From an uncultured Actinomycetota bacterium (GTDB taxonomy: Bacteria; Actinomycetota; Actinomycetes; JACCUZ01), in the NCBI GenBank assembly GCA_963846525.1, contig CAWJWE010000008.1, forward strand, positions 2,319 through 66,318: DNA of 64,000 nt, read 5' to 3'. Under the pieces are notes generated by a model. It ran no database searches and was not told where the DNA came from. It worked only from the letters and a program-made list of their open reading frames with translations. The translations under genes were made by a program, and so were the position numbers. Below are positions 43,161 through 53,675 of this stretch, in pieces. Each line of letters begins with the position of its first letter. The first letter of the stretch is position 1.

Positions 43161-43874
43161 TCAGTGCACCCGGTCGCCGGCGTGGGTCATGAGTCCTTCG
43201 CGACGGGCCACCTTGACCGCGGCGACGATCGTCACCGCAGCCGCGACGACGGTCATCGCGAGGAACAACGCACTCTTCATCACGACGAACGTGGTGAGCG
43301 ACTGCGACTCGTAGAGCCACAGCGTCATGACGGCCTTGGCGAGGCAGACCATCGCCCACATCAGGGTGAGGTGCCAGAACAGTCGCTGCAACCGCGGGCG
43401 CCCCGCCAGGTCGTCGGTCATCGGGTAGAAGTCTGCCGCGAGCCGCGCGACGAACGGGCGGGCCGTCGCCAGCGACAGCAGAGCGGCCGAAGCGATCACG
43501 GCGTTGCTGATCGCCGGCTGGATGAAGTAGAGGTAGGTGTTCCCACTGGCGAACGTCATGGCGGTCTTCGCGGTCAGGCCGACCACGGTGAGGACGAGCA
43601 GCCCGGACATCCGTCGCCGGGTGGCCAGCCGCCAGCCGATCGCGCCGTAGCACCACGCGAGCGCGGCCACCAGAGCCGCCCAGACGTTCATCGTGACCAG
43701 GCAGAGGTAGAACAGGACGGCGGGCACGACGTTGGCGCAGAGCAGGCTGAGCGTCAGGTGGCCGATCACCCGGCGCAAGCGAGGCCGGGCATCGGAGCCC
43801 CGAAGCCCGGAGTCGGGTGTGACGGGGGACGGCGGTCGGGCGAGCATCGTGGCGGAGCTCATGTGAGACGTCAC
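43161..43874 (-). CDS. polytopic membrane protein (about 6 TM helices), function unknown
   Basis: 237-aa ORF with six hydrophobic stretches, for example HLTLSLLCANVVPAVLFYLCLV and FVVMKSALFLAMTVVAAAVTIVAAV. Confidence 0.7.
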   Translation of the reverse strand: MTSHMSSATMLARPPSPVTPDSGLRGSDARPRLRRVIGHLTLSLLCANVVPAVLFYLCLVTMNVWAALVAALAWCYGAIGWRLATRRRMSGLLVLTVVGLTAKTAMTFASGNTYLYFIQPAISNAVIASAALLSLATARPFVARLAADFYPMTDDLAGRPRLQRLFWHLTLMWAMVCLAKAVMTLWLYESQSLTTFVVMKSALFLAMTVVAAAVTIVAAVKVARREGLMTHAGDRVH

Positions 43875-43923
43875 TGTACGCCCGGCGGCCCTCTGGCCCC
43901 CGGGCGTCCACAGTGGGAGACGG

Positions 43924-45326
43924 TCAGCGCTGGGTTGGTAGCGCGATGGTGTCGGCGGCGATGTGGTGGTTGGCCATCAGGGTGCCGTCGGGGTCCATCG
44001 ACGCCCGGAGGGCCTGCAGCCGCGCGAAGGAGTCGGCGTCGTAGCCGGTCCGCGGGTCACCGGGCTGCTCGAGGAAGTTCAGGTACTGCCGGCCGTTGGC
44101 CCACGGTGCCATCGCGGCGACCAGGGCGTTCGCATCGGCGTGCCCCGCGGCGCCCATCTCCGGTGTCGCGGCGATGGCGACGCCGAAGAGCACGAACTGA
44201 CCGTCGACCTGCGGTAGCGCCCCGGCGCCGAGGTGCGGACGGCCCAGCGCGCCACCGAGCTGGCGCAGCTCGGCCGCGAGCAGGCTCTGCTCCGTGCCGT
44301 GCCCGACCGTCGCGAGGAACGCGTCGACGGCCTCGTCGGGCAAGGAGCCGAGCACTGTCGTCGCGCTGATGCCCGGCGTCGGGCCCTCGGGGTCCATGTG
44401 CAGGCGCACCAGTGAGGCCGACGGCACCCGGGCGAAGGTGTCGATCTCGGGCTCGAGCGCGCGCAGCTCGGCGAGGATCGCCTCGGCCGTCGCGTCGTCG
44501 CCGAGCACAGCTCCGTTGATCATGACGAGCTGGCGTCCGCGCACCGGCGCCGGGATCTCCTCGAACGGTGGCAGCTGCAGGATCCGGAACGACGTCGTGA
44601 CCGCGTCCGGCGCGTCGACCGCCCAGCGGGCCCAGGTGCGCAGGACCTTCTCGGCGTCGGCGCGGTCCCAGACCAGCATCCCGGCGTACGCCGTCTCGAT
44701 CGGGAACAGCCGGAACTCCAGCGCGGTGACCACGCCGAAGTTGCCCCCGCCGCCACGGACCGCCCAGAACAGCTCCGGCTCGGAGTCCGCGTCGGCCCGG
44801 ACCAGCCGGCCGTCGGCGGTGACGATCTCGACCGCGGTGACGTTGTTGGTGGCCAGGCCGAGCTCGCGGGCGTACCAGCCCATCCCGCCGCCGAGCGAGT
44901 AGCCCACGACGCCGACGTCGGGGGAGGAGCCGTGCAGGGCGGCGAGCCCGTAGCGGCGCGACAGCCTCGACGACGTCGATCCACAGCGCGCCGGCACCCA
45001 CCCGGGCGGTGCGCGATGCCGGCGTCGACCGTCACCTCACGCATGGCCGAGGTGCGAACCAGGACGGCGTCGCTCAGGTCGCCGAGCGGACCGGCGTTGT
45101 GACCGGTGCCCTGCGGGGCGACGCGCAGACCGGCGGCCGCTGCGGCGCGGACGACCTCGACGACCTCGTCGGCGTCGGCCGGGTAGGCCACCGCGGCCGG
45201 GTGCTGCGGGACAGCGACGTTCCATGGCGTCCGAGCGGCGTCGTAGCCCGGGTCACCGGGCAGGTGCACGGCGCCGCCGCAGAGCTCGCGAAGACCCTCG
45301 ACGGTCGTGATGGGCTGGGTGGTCAC
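43924..45326 (-). pseudogene. FAD-binding PCMH-type oxidoreductase (BBE/vanillyl-alcohol oxidase-like); 2 frameshifts near 44960-45010
   Basis: GTG 45326 with a GAGGAG RBS. VAPQGTGHN, then GAGALWIDVVEA, then ORF 43924..44997 (GVVGYSLGGGMGW, LFWAVRGGGGNFGVVTALEF, YLNFLE). Confidence 0.8.
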
Positions 45327-45432
45327 ACTGGCTCCTCGATGGGTGCATGGGGCGCTGCTCTCGACGGGAGCAGAGTGCGGCCAGGTACTTGTGGGCACCT
45401 TGGAGCCCACTTGAGAGGCGCGTTGTCGCAGG

Positions 45433-48400
45433 TCAGGCGGGGGTGAGGGCGGCGCCGAGCTCGGCGTCGGTCTGCACGCCGAGCCGCTCGCGGACCTCGG
45501 CGAGGACCCGCTCGACCACCGCGGGGGTGAGGAAGAGCTCCTGCGCGACCGCGCTGGGTGCCGCGCCGGCCGCGGCGAGCTGCGCGACCCGCCGCTCGGT
45601 CGCCGTCAACGACACCACGTCCTCGAACGGCGCGGGCGGCTCCGCGCCGTCGGCGACCAGCTCGTCCGAGACCTGGCGGTACAGCCCCGGGGAGCCGCAC
45701 TCCGCACCCAGGGCCAGCGCGCTGCCGAGCAGCGCCGTCCGCTCGGCCTGGTCACCGGTCACCCGGGCGAGCGCCAGCTCGGCGCAGGCCCGCTCGTAGC
45801 GCGCGACCGTGGGACGGAGCAGCTCGTAGGCCTCGCGCAGCATCGCCTCGGCGTCCTCTCCGCCGACCTCGCCCGCGCACCGCAGGGTGCGGCCGAGCAC
45901 CGACGGCGCACCCCAGTGCCGGGCCAGCGCCACCTCCTCGGCCATCAGCGCGCGGGCCTCCTCGACCCGCCCGAGCGCGGCCAGCACCGGCGCCCGGTAG
46001 GTGCGCCAGGGGCGCCACACCGGGTTGATCACCGTGGTCTGCATCGTCGTCGCGGCCTCCAGGGCGGCCAGCGCCTCCGCGTAGCGGCCCTCCGCGGCCA
46101 TCAGCCGGGCGTGGTTCTCGTCGAACAGTCGCGCCCCGTCACCGATCCGGGTCTGGTGCAGCACTCCGTCGACGTACCGGCGGGCTTCGGCGATCTCGCC
46201 CTGCTCCAGCAGGATGCCGATGATGAACGCCTGGCCGTAGGGGACGCCGACGTCGGGTGCGCCCCACTGCTCGCTCTGCTCGTTGGACGTCTGCACCGAG
46301 CGCAGCGCCTCGCGCAGCTGGCCGCGGTGCCAGAGCATGTGCCCGCGCCACAGGTGCACCGACAGCGCGGAGAACAGCGAGCCGCGGGCGAAGGCGTCGG
46401 CCAGGGTGCGGTCCCAGAAGTCGCCCATGTCGACCTCGCCCATCTCCTGGACGAAGGCCGAGACCACCCAGAGCAGACCGGTGTCGACCCGTTGCAGGTG
46501 CCCGCCGGCCAGGGCGAACCGGGCGAGCTCGATGCAGCGCAGCCGGTCGCCGTTGCTGATCAGCTCCTCCCAGGCCAGCGTCGCGGCGAGCATCCGGGCG
46601 CCCACGCCGTCCCCACGGACCTCGAGCCGGCCGCGTCCCCACTCGGACTCCGGCAGGCCGTGCATGTAGGCGCCGATCCGCTCCAGCGCCGTGCAGGCCC
46701 TGCCGCGCGTCGTCGAGCTCGTCGGGCAGCGCTGCCGCGGCCGCCCGGGCGAACCGGGTCGCCTCGCCCGGCGCGCCGGCGAAGACCAGCGTGCGGGCCA
46801 GCATGGTGGCGACCTCGGCGCGGACGTGCGGCGTCGGTGACGGTCGTCGTACGCCGCCCGCAGGTGGGCGACTGCGGCCGGACCGTCGGTCAGCGTGCCG
46901 AGGTGGCCCAGCTCGAACAAGCAGGTCCGGGCGCTCCGCGTCCTGGGGCGGCTCGGCGAGGGCCCGTTCGAGGTAGGTCGAGGCGGCGTCCGCCGCACCG
47001 CGCTCGGCGGCGGTGGCGGCCGCGAGCCGCAGCACCCGCACCGCGTCGGCGCTGCCGCGCCGCGGGGCGAGCAGCAGGTGGGCGGCCACCTGCTCCGGTG
47101 TCGCTCCGCGCGCAGAGCAGCTCGGCGGCGGCCCGCTCGTGGTGCAGCTCGCGCTCCCCGGCGGACAGGGCCTGGTAGACCGCGTCGCGGACCAGCGGGT
47201 GCACGAAGCCCAGCGGGTGGTCCGGCCGCAGACACCTCGGCGCGGGCCAGCGCCGGCGAGCGCCGCCGCGGTCGGCCGCCTCGTCGAGCCCGGCCAGGGC
47301 GGCGACGTCGGCGAGCCGGCAGCCGTCGCCGAGGACCGCCACCGCGCGGGCCGACCGCGGTGCAGTCGGCCGGCAGCCGGGCGAGGCGCATCAGGACCAT
47401 GCTCGACACGGCTCGCGACCCGATCGCGTTCACCGTGTCGGCGTGCGACGCGTCGGGTCGCACGCCCTCGACCTGCAGCGCGCGCAGCAGCTGGCGCAGC
47501 AGCAGCGGGTTGCCGCCGGTCGTGCGGTGGCAGGCGGCGACGAACGGGTCGTGCGCGTCGGCGCCGAGGCGGTCGCGCACCAGCTGCGTCGGTGGCCTCC
47601 GGCGCCAGCGGCCCCGGGTGCACCTGCACCGTCGCCGTGGTCCTCGGCCAGCTCGGCGAGCAGTGCCTCGTCGTCGTGCGTCTCGCCGGTGCGCAGGGTC
47701 GCGGCGATGAGCACCGGCAGTCCCTCCAGCCGGCGCAGCAGGAAGGCGAGCGCGCGCAGCGAGCCGGTGTCGCACCACTGCACGTCGTCGACGGCGAGGA
47801 CCACCGGCTGCTGCTCGGCGCGAGGTTGACGGTCAGCCAGTACAGGCCGTGCAGCACGGCGAACGACCCGTCGGCCCGCTCGGCGGGGTCGGCGGCCGGC
47901 GATCTCGCCGAACACCGACGCGGCCGAGGACGCCGACGCCGCGCGAGCAGCTCGACGCGCCGGGTCGGGTCGGCGAGGGTGCCCTCGAACAGCTGGCGGA
48001 CCGCGCCGAAGCCGAAGTCGCGCTCCAGCTGGCTGCCGCGGGCGGTCAGCACCAGGGCGCCCTCGGCCTCGGCGAGCCGCCGGCGTACCTCCTGCAGCAG
48101 CCGGCTCTTGCCGATGCCGGCCGGGCCGTGGATCAGCGCGAGCCGGCCCTGGCCCTCGACGGCGTCGGCCAGGGCGCCGCGCAGCACCCGGACCTCGCGG
48201 TCGCGGTCGACCAGGTCGGCTCGGCCGGCCGGTCGCGCGTGCGTTCGCCGCGGCCGACCCGCGGGCGCGGGTACGCCGGGCGGCCGGGCGTGCCGGCGCT
48301 CGGAGCCGCTGTGCGGGCCGGGGCGTCCAGCGACGGCGACTGGGCGAGCACCTCGCGCCTCCAGCGAGCGCAGCGCCGGGCCGGGGTCGACGCCCGAGCT

Positions 48401-49156
48401 CGTCGGCCAGCGTGGTGCGGGCCCGGCGCAGCGCGGCCAGCGCGTCGGCCTGCCGGTGCGCCCGGTAGAGCGCGAGCACCAGCAGCCGCCAGCGCTCCTC
48501 GCGCAGCGGGTCCTCGGCGACGAGTCCCTCGATCTCGGGCACCAGCACGGCGGACTCGCCCTGGCCCAGCCGTGCCTCGAGCAGCTGCTCGCGGGCGACC
48601 TCGCGCAGGCCGGCCAGCCGGGCGACCTCGCCGTCCGCCCAGGCTCTCGCCGGCGTGGTCGGCGTACGCCGGGCCGCGCCAGAGCGCGCAGCGCCTCCTC
48701 GAGCAGCCGCTGCGCGCGGTCGGCCGGGTCGGCGCTGCCGGCCTGGCGCAGCAGGCGCTCGAACCGCCAGGCGTCGACGCGCAGTCGTCCTCGACCCGCA
48801 GCGCGTAGCCGGGGCCCTGCCGGGCGATCACGCTCTGCCGGTCGCGCGGGCCCGCGGTCGGGCTCCATCCGCTTGCGCAGGTGCGAGACGTAGGCCTGCA
48901 GCGCGCTGGTCGCGCTCGGCGGCGGTGGCCTCGCCCCAGAGCGCGTCGACCAGCCGGTCGGCCGGCACGACGTCGCCGCGGGCCAGCACCAGCAGCGCCA
49001 GCACCGCCCGCTGGCGGGGGCCGCCGAGGTCGAGCGACCGCGCCGTCGCGGGTGGCGGCCAGCTCGCCGAGGACGCCGATCCGCAGCGCGCGGGCCTCGG
49101 TCGAGACGACGACTCGACGCCGTCCCGGCAGTGCGGCACCCGTGCCTGCTCCGCAT
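45433..49156 (-). pseudogene. large SARP(OmpR-wHTH + BTAD)-AAA ATPase-TPR-LuxR HTH regulator; reading frame broken many times
   Basis: Pieces in three frames, from N to C. wHTH: RIGVLGELAATRDG / LDLGGPRQRAVLALLVLARGDVVPADRLVDALWGE / LQAYVSHLRKRMEP / GPGYALRV. BTAD: VDAWRFERLL...ALYRAHRQADALAALRRARTTLADELG. P-loop: LALIHGPAGIGKSRLL, VLAVDDVQWCD. TPR-like repeats follow, then the LuxR HTH LTATERRVAQLAAAGAAPSAVAQELFLTPAVVERVL. The 5' end is approximate. Confidence 0.7.
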
Positions 49157-49290
49157 CCCACCGCCCCGCCCTGACCCTCGTCCGCGGGAAGCCTAGGTCG
49201 GGCCGCGCGGCGTCCGGCAGGATTCGCGGCAGGGATCCCGCTGCCGCGGTCGCGCGCCGATGCGACCCTGCGCGGTCGTACGCTCGGTGG

Positions 49291-50280
49291 GTGAGCAACC
49301 TGGACAGCGGCCGGCCGAGTCCGCGGCCGGATCGGCGGTCGCCCCGTCAGCCGCGCGCCGGCGCGGCGGGTCCTGGCGCCGCGCGAGGTGCCGCTGGGCG
49401 GGCCGCGCGCGATGGTGGTGCGCCGGCACCCTCCCGCACCGCGACCTGCGCACCATCGGCGCGTGGTGCTTCCTCGACGACTACGGCCCGCAGGCCGATC
49501 GCCGGCACACCCGGCATGCAGGTCCCGCCGCACCCGCACACCGGACTGCAGACCGTCACCTGGCTGCTCGACGGCGAGGTGCACCACCAGGACAGCCTCG
49601 GCAGCGACGCCCTGGTCCGCCCCGGCGCCCTGAACCTGATGACCGCCGGGCGCGGCATCAGCCACGCCGAGACGTCACCGGTGGGTGCGACCGGGACGCT
49701 GCGCGGGCTGCAGCTGTGGGTGGCCCTGCCGGCGCGCGACCGCGACACCGTACCGGCCTTCGCCCACCACGCCGACCTGCCTCGGGTCGAGGGGGACGGG
49801 ATCGACGTCACCGTGCTGCTCGGTGCAGTGGCCGGCTCTGCGTCCCCTGCCACGGTCTTCACACCGATCGTCGGGGCCGAGGTGGTGCTCGCGCCGGGTG
49901 CCCGCAGTGCGCTGCCGCTGGAGAGCGGGTTCGAGCACGGCCTGCTCGCGCTGTCCGACGGCCTCACTGTCGACGGCGAGTCGCTGGACCGTGCATCGCT
50001 GGAGCACCTGGCACCCGGGCTGCGGCAGGTGGTGCTCGGTGCCGGGCCGGACGGCGGACGACTGCTGCTGCTCGGCGGTGAACCGTTCGACGAGGAGCTG
50101 CTCATGTGGTGGAACTTCGTCGCGCGCAGCCACGAGGAGGTCGTCGAGGCCCGGGAGGAGTGGACGGCTGCCGTCGGGGGAGCAGCCACCCGGTTCGGCC
50201 AGGTGACCGGGTACGACGGACCCTCGCTGCCGGCGCCGGCCTTGCCCACCAGCCGGCTGCGTCCGCGCCCCAGCCGCTGA
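49291..50280 (+). pseudogene. pirin family protein; 3 or so frameshifts in the first ~250 nt
   Basis: REVPLGGPRAMVVRR / TLPHRDLRTIGAWCFLDDYGP / MQVPPHPHTGLQTVTWLLDGEVHHQDSLG in three frames. The remainder is intact (GLQLWVALP, WWNFV). Confidence 0.8.
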
Positions 50281-50388
50281 CCGTCCCGACCCGATCCGAC
50301 AGGTCACAGGTGGCTCCCAGGCCCGCCCAAGGTTGGTGCCCGACAGTGACGTCAGCGGCCCGCACGGGGCCCGACGAGAGGACACCGC

Positions 50389-50838
50389 ATGCCCAGCACC
50401 CTGGTGCGCAAGTACGGCAGCATGGCTGCGCTGGTCGCCGGAGGCCTCGTCGCGGGGGCCGTCCTGGCCGGCACCCTGACGGCCAACGCGACCGACAGCC
50501 CCTCGCCCAGCGCGACGGCGACCGACGACGGCCCGACCAACCCGAACCCGGGTGACCCGAGCAAGGCGCAGCGCTCCGACGAGACCCTGCTGACCGGCAG
50601 CACCGCGGCCAAGGTGAAGGCGGCGGTCCTTGCCGAGTACTCGGGTGCCACCTTCGTCCGCGTCGAAACCGACAGCGACGGGGTGTACGAGGCCCACATC
50701 ACCAAGGCCGACGGCACCGAGATCTCCGTCGAGGTCGACAAGAGCTTTGCGGTCACCGGTGTCGAGCAAGGCGGCCGCGGCGGGCACCACGGCGGCCGCG
50801 GTGACCACGACGGCGACGGTCCGCCGGACGCCGCCTAG
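50389..50838 (+). CDS. secreted PepSY-like domain protein with His/Gly/Asp-rich tail
   Basis: Signal peptide ending ...TLTANA|TD, Pro/Ser linker, then KVKAAVLAEYSGATFVRVETDSDGVYEAHITKADGTEISVEVDKSFAVTG. Tail GGRGGHHGGRGDHDGDG. Confidence 0.65.
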   Translation: MPSTLVRKYGSMAALVAGGLVAGAVLAGTLTANATDSPSPSATATDDGPTNPNPGDPSKAQRSDETLLTGSTAAKVKAAVLAEYSGATFVRVETDSDGVYEAHITKADGTEISVEVDKSFAVTGVEQGGRGGHHGGRGDHDGDGPPDAA

Positions 50839-50840
50839 CA

Positions 50841-51479
50841 CTAGCCGGGCAGGCCGTCGCGGCGCATCAGAGCCGCGACGGCGTGCGCCGCGGCCGGCTC
50901 CTCGTCGGACAGACCGGCGACGACCCCGTCGACGTCGGCGGCCGACCGGTTCTGGCTCAGCTTCCACTTCGCGTCGATCCGGCGGATCTGCAGCTCGAGC
51001 CCGACGATCGCGCGGAGCTGACCGGTGATGTACGCCGGCGGTGCGTCGTCCACCGACCACGGCTGCCGCTGGTGCGCCTCGTGCTTCGCGGTGAGCCGGC
51101 GTACCAGCGACTCGACCCACGCGGCGTCGTCGTGCACGACCAGCCGGCCGTAGACGTGAGCGGTCACGTAGTTCCAGGTCGGGACGACTCGGCCGTGCTC
51201 GCTCTTGGCCGGGTACCAGGAGGGGGACACGTACGCGTCCGGGCCTCGGACGATGACCAGCGCATCCCCGAGCGCCGGCTCGCTCCACTGGTCGTTGTTG
51301 CGTGCCACGTGCCCGAGCAACCGCCCCGGCCCGTCGTCGTCCGGCTCGTGCACGAACGGCAGCAGGGTCGCGAGCAGCCCGCGGGACGTCGAGGTCACCA
51401 GGTCGGCCGCGCCGTGGTGCTGCAGCAGGTCGCGGACCGCGTCGTCGTCCGGCGCCGCGAAGTGCTTCGGGATGTACAC
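50841..51479 (-). CDS. paiB: FMN-binding negative transcriptional regulator (PaiB family)
   Basis: GTG 51479 (VYIPKHF...). ATLLPFV, HVARNNDQW, GPDAYVSPSWY, VPTWNYVTAH, AKWKLSQNR. Confidence 0.85.
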   Translation of the reverse strand: MYIPKHFAAPDDDAVRDLLQHHGAADLVTSTSRGLLATLLPFVHEPDDDGPGRLLGHVARNNDQWSEPALGDALVIVRGPDAYVSPSWYPAKSEHGRVVPTWNYVTAHVYGRLVVHDDAAWVESLVRRLTAKHEAHQRQPWSVDDAPPAYITGQLRAIVGLELQIRRIDAKWKLSQNRSAADVDGVVAGLSDEEPAAAHAVAALMRRDGLPG

Positions 51480-51493
51480 CCCGGCAGGGTAGG

Positions 51494-51862
51494 TCAGGCG
51501 GGTGTGTTGCCGCCCGGACCTCGAGGGTCGGCTGGCTCGTCGAGCACGACCACGGTGTGCACCCCGGCCGCGCACAGCGCCATCGCGGACTCGAGGCTCA
51601 CCGGACGTCGCACCGGGCCGCGGCGCGACGTCCCGAGGAGCACGCTCGGGTAGGGCGCCCGGCCGCCGACCCGGACGGCCAGCGGCCGGCGGACGGCTGC
51701 CGCATCGGTCCGGGCCGATGCCTCGTCGGCGGCGATCGGCAGCAGCAGGCGGGATCGCCGACCGGAGGCGTGCCGCAGGGTGAGCTCGGTGACCCGCCCG
51801 GTCGCCGTCAACGACACCACGACGGCCGTCCCGCCGGGCGCCGGTGACGCAGCACCTGCCAT
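51494..51862 (-). CDS. hypothetical protein
   Basis: ATG 51862 within ORF 51494..52231, 14 nt upstream of paiB. The start lies 6 nt from the iron box. No motif recognised. Confidence 0.4.
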   Translation of the reverse strand: MAGAASPAPGGTAVVVSLTATGRVTELTLRHASGRRSRLLLPIAADEASARTDAAAVRRPLAVRVGGRAPYPSVLLGTSRRGPVRRPVSLESAMALCAAGVHTVVVLDEPADPRGPGGNTPA

Positions 51863-51867
51863 TCCGA

Positions 51868-51886
51868 TAAGGTAAGCCTTGCCTAA
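51868..51886. promoter_or_regulatory. IdeR/DmdR-type iron box
   Basis: TAAGGTAAGCCTTGCCTAA matches the 19-bp consensus TWAGGTWAGSCTWACCTWA at 18 of 19 positions. It sits in the divergent intergenic region upstream of bfd-bfr. Confidence 0.6.
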
Positions 51887-51914
51887 GGTTCCGTCTACGC
51901 CCGCCGGAGATCTC

Positions 51915-52112
51915 GTGTACGCCTGCATCTGCCTCGCCGTGACCACCCAGGAGGTGGCCGACGTCGTGCGCGCGGGCGCCGCGACCGAAGACGCCGTCGC
52001 GCAGGCCTGCGGCGCCGGGACCGGCTGCGGGTCGTGCCTGGAGCGCATCTGCGGCATCATCACCGCCGTGGACCCGGCCCACGGCGAGCCCGTGCTGCGC
52101 CGGGCCGGCTGA
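51915..52112 (+). CDS. bfd: bacterioferritin-associated ferredoxin (BFD-like 2Fe-2S)
   Basis: GTG 51915 gives the canonical N-terminus VYACICLAVTTQEV. Second Cys pair GCGSCLERIC. The track's TTG 51879 start would overlap the iron box. Confidence 0.85.
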   Translation: MYACICLAVTTQEVADVVRAGAATEDAVAQACGAGTGCGSCLERICGIITAVDPAHGEPVLRRAG

Positions 52113-52163
52113 CCGGACCGGCCGGACCAACCCCGACCGGACGACCGACCGAAGGCGGCGCCG

Positions 52164-52646
52164 ATGCGCGGTGACAAGAAGGTCATCGAGTTCCTCAACG
52201 AGCAGCTCACGGCCGAGCTGACCGCGATCAACCAGTACTTCCTGCACGCGAAGATGCAGGAGAACTGGGGGTACTCGAAGCTCGCCGCCTACACCCGGCA
52301 CGAGTCCATCGACGAGATGCGGCACGCCGAGGTCCTCACCGACCGGATCCTGTTCCTGGAGGGTCTGCCGAACTACCAGCGGCTGCACCCGCTGAAGATC
52401 GGGCAGACCCTCGCGGAGATGTTCGCCGCGGACATGGAGATCGAGGTGGCGGCAGTCACCCGGCTGCGCGACGGCGCGGCGCACATGCGCAAGGTCGGCG
52501 ACCTCACCTCGGCGCGGCTGTTCGAGGACATCCTGGCCGACGAGGAGCACCACATCGACTACCTCGAGACCCAGCAGGCCCTGCTCGGCCAGCTCGGCGA
52601 GGCGCTCTACATCGCGCAGCTGGTCGAGCAGCCCTCGGCGGACTAG
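52164..52646 (+). CDS. bfr: bacterioferritin
   Basis: Intact, 160 aa. MRGDKKVIEFLNEQLTAELTAINQYFLHAKM (heme Met), ESIDEMRHAE, EEHHIDYLETQ. Confidence 0.95.
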   Translation: MRGDKKVIEFLNEQLTAELTAINQYFLHAKMQENWGYSKLAAYTRHESIDEMRHAEVLTDRILFLEGLPNYQRLHPLKIGQTLAEMFAADMEIEVAAVTRLRDGAAHMRKVGDLTSARLFEDILADEEHHIDYLETQQALLGQLGEALYIAQLVEQPSAD

Positions 52647-52667
52647 CCCGCCGGTGTCAGGCCAGGC

Positions 52668-53654
52668 TCACCACCGGGAGTGCACGTGCTCCCGGATGTC
52701 GATGTCGTAGACCTGGCGCAGCTCTTCGAGGGTCTCGTCGGGCAGCGGCGCCAGATCGGCAGCGCCCGCGTTCGCGCGGGCCTGCGCGGCGTTGCGAGCG
52801 CCGGGGATCACGGTGGTCACTCCGGGCTGGTCGATGATCCAGCGCAGCGCCAGCTGGGCGGTGGTCGACCCGTCCGGCGTCAGGGCCGCGACCTTGCGGG
52901 CCGCCCGCAGACCGACGTCGAACGGCACGCCGCTGAACGTCTCGCCGAGGTCGAACTCCTCGCCGGACCGGTTGTACGTCCGGTGGTCGTCGGCGGCGAA
53001 CGTGGTGCCCTCGTCGTACTTGCCGGCGAGCAGGCCGGAGGCCAGCGGCACCCGGGCGATGATGCCGACTCCGGCCTCGGAAGCGGCGGGCAGCACGCGC
53101 TCGAGCGGCTTGCGCCGGAAGATGTTGAGGATGATCTGCACGGTGGCCAGGCGAGGTCGGGCGATCGCCGTCAAAGCCTGGTCGACTGTCTCGACGGACA
53201 CGCCGTACGCCGCGATCACCTGCTCGTCGACCAACGTGTCCAGCGCGTCGAACACCCGGTCGTCGGCGAAGACCGCGGTCGGCGGGCAGTGCAGCTGGAC
53301 GAGGTCGACGGTGTCCACGCCGAGGTTGCGCCGGCTGCTGTCGAGCCAGCCGCGGAACGCGTCGAGGGTGAACGCCTCCGGGACCAACGGGTCGGCCCGC
53401 TGGCCCATCTTGGTGGCGACCGTGACGCCGTGGTCGGCCCGCTCGCGCAGCGCCCGGCCGACGAGTGACTCGCTGCGCCCGTCGCCGTACACGTCGGCGG
53501 TGTCCAGGAAGGTGACGCCGACGTCGAGCGCCGTATTCAGCACGGCCAGCGCGTCGTCCTCGCCGACGTCGCCCCAGTCGCCACCGAGCTGCCAGCAGCC
53601 GAGGCCGATGACCGAGACCTGCCGTCCGGTGCGTCCGAGCGTTCGCGTCTCCAC
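52668..53654 (-). CDS. aldo/keto reductase
   Basis: GTG 53654 (VETRTLGRTGRQVSVIGLGCWQLGG). FLDTADVYGDGRSE, VDLVQLH, GVSVE, IPGARN. Confidence 0.9.
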   Translation of the reverse strand: METRTLGRTGRQVSVIGLGCWQLGGDWGDVGEDDALAVLNTALDVGVTFLDTADVYGDGRSESLVGRALRERADHGVTVATKMGQRADPLVPEAFTLDAFRGWLDSSRRNLGVDTVDLVQLHCPPTAVFADDRVFDALDTLVDEQVIAAYGVSVETVDQALTAIARPRLATVQIILNIFRRKPLERVLPAASEAGVGIIARVPLASGLLAGKYDEGTTFAADDHRTYNRSGEEFDLGETFSGVPFDVGLRAARKVAALTPDGSTTAQLALRWIIDQPGVTTVIPGARNAAQARANAGAADLAPLPDETLEELRQVYDIDIREHVHSRW

Positions 53655-53675
53655 CCGACCGACCCTAGGGCCGGG

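Noticed and set aside
45327-45432. Two short hairpins (CTGCTC/GAGCAG and GTGGGC/GCCCAC) as a terminator after the big regulator gene
   Set aside because: The stems are only 6 bp, with no U tract on the transcribed strand. They are too weak to call.
51879-51914. TTG 51879 as the bfd start (the track ORF start)
   Set aside because: It would place the start codon inside the iron box and add a non-conserved 12-aa leader. GTG 51915 gives the canonical (M)YACxC N-terminus.
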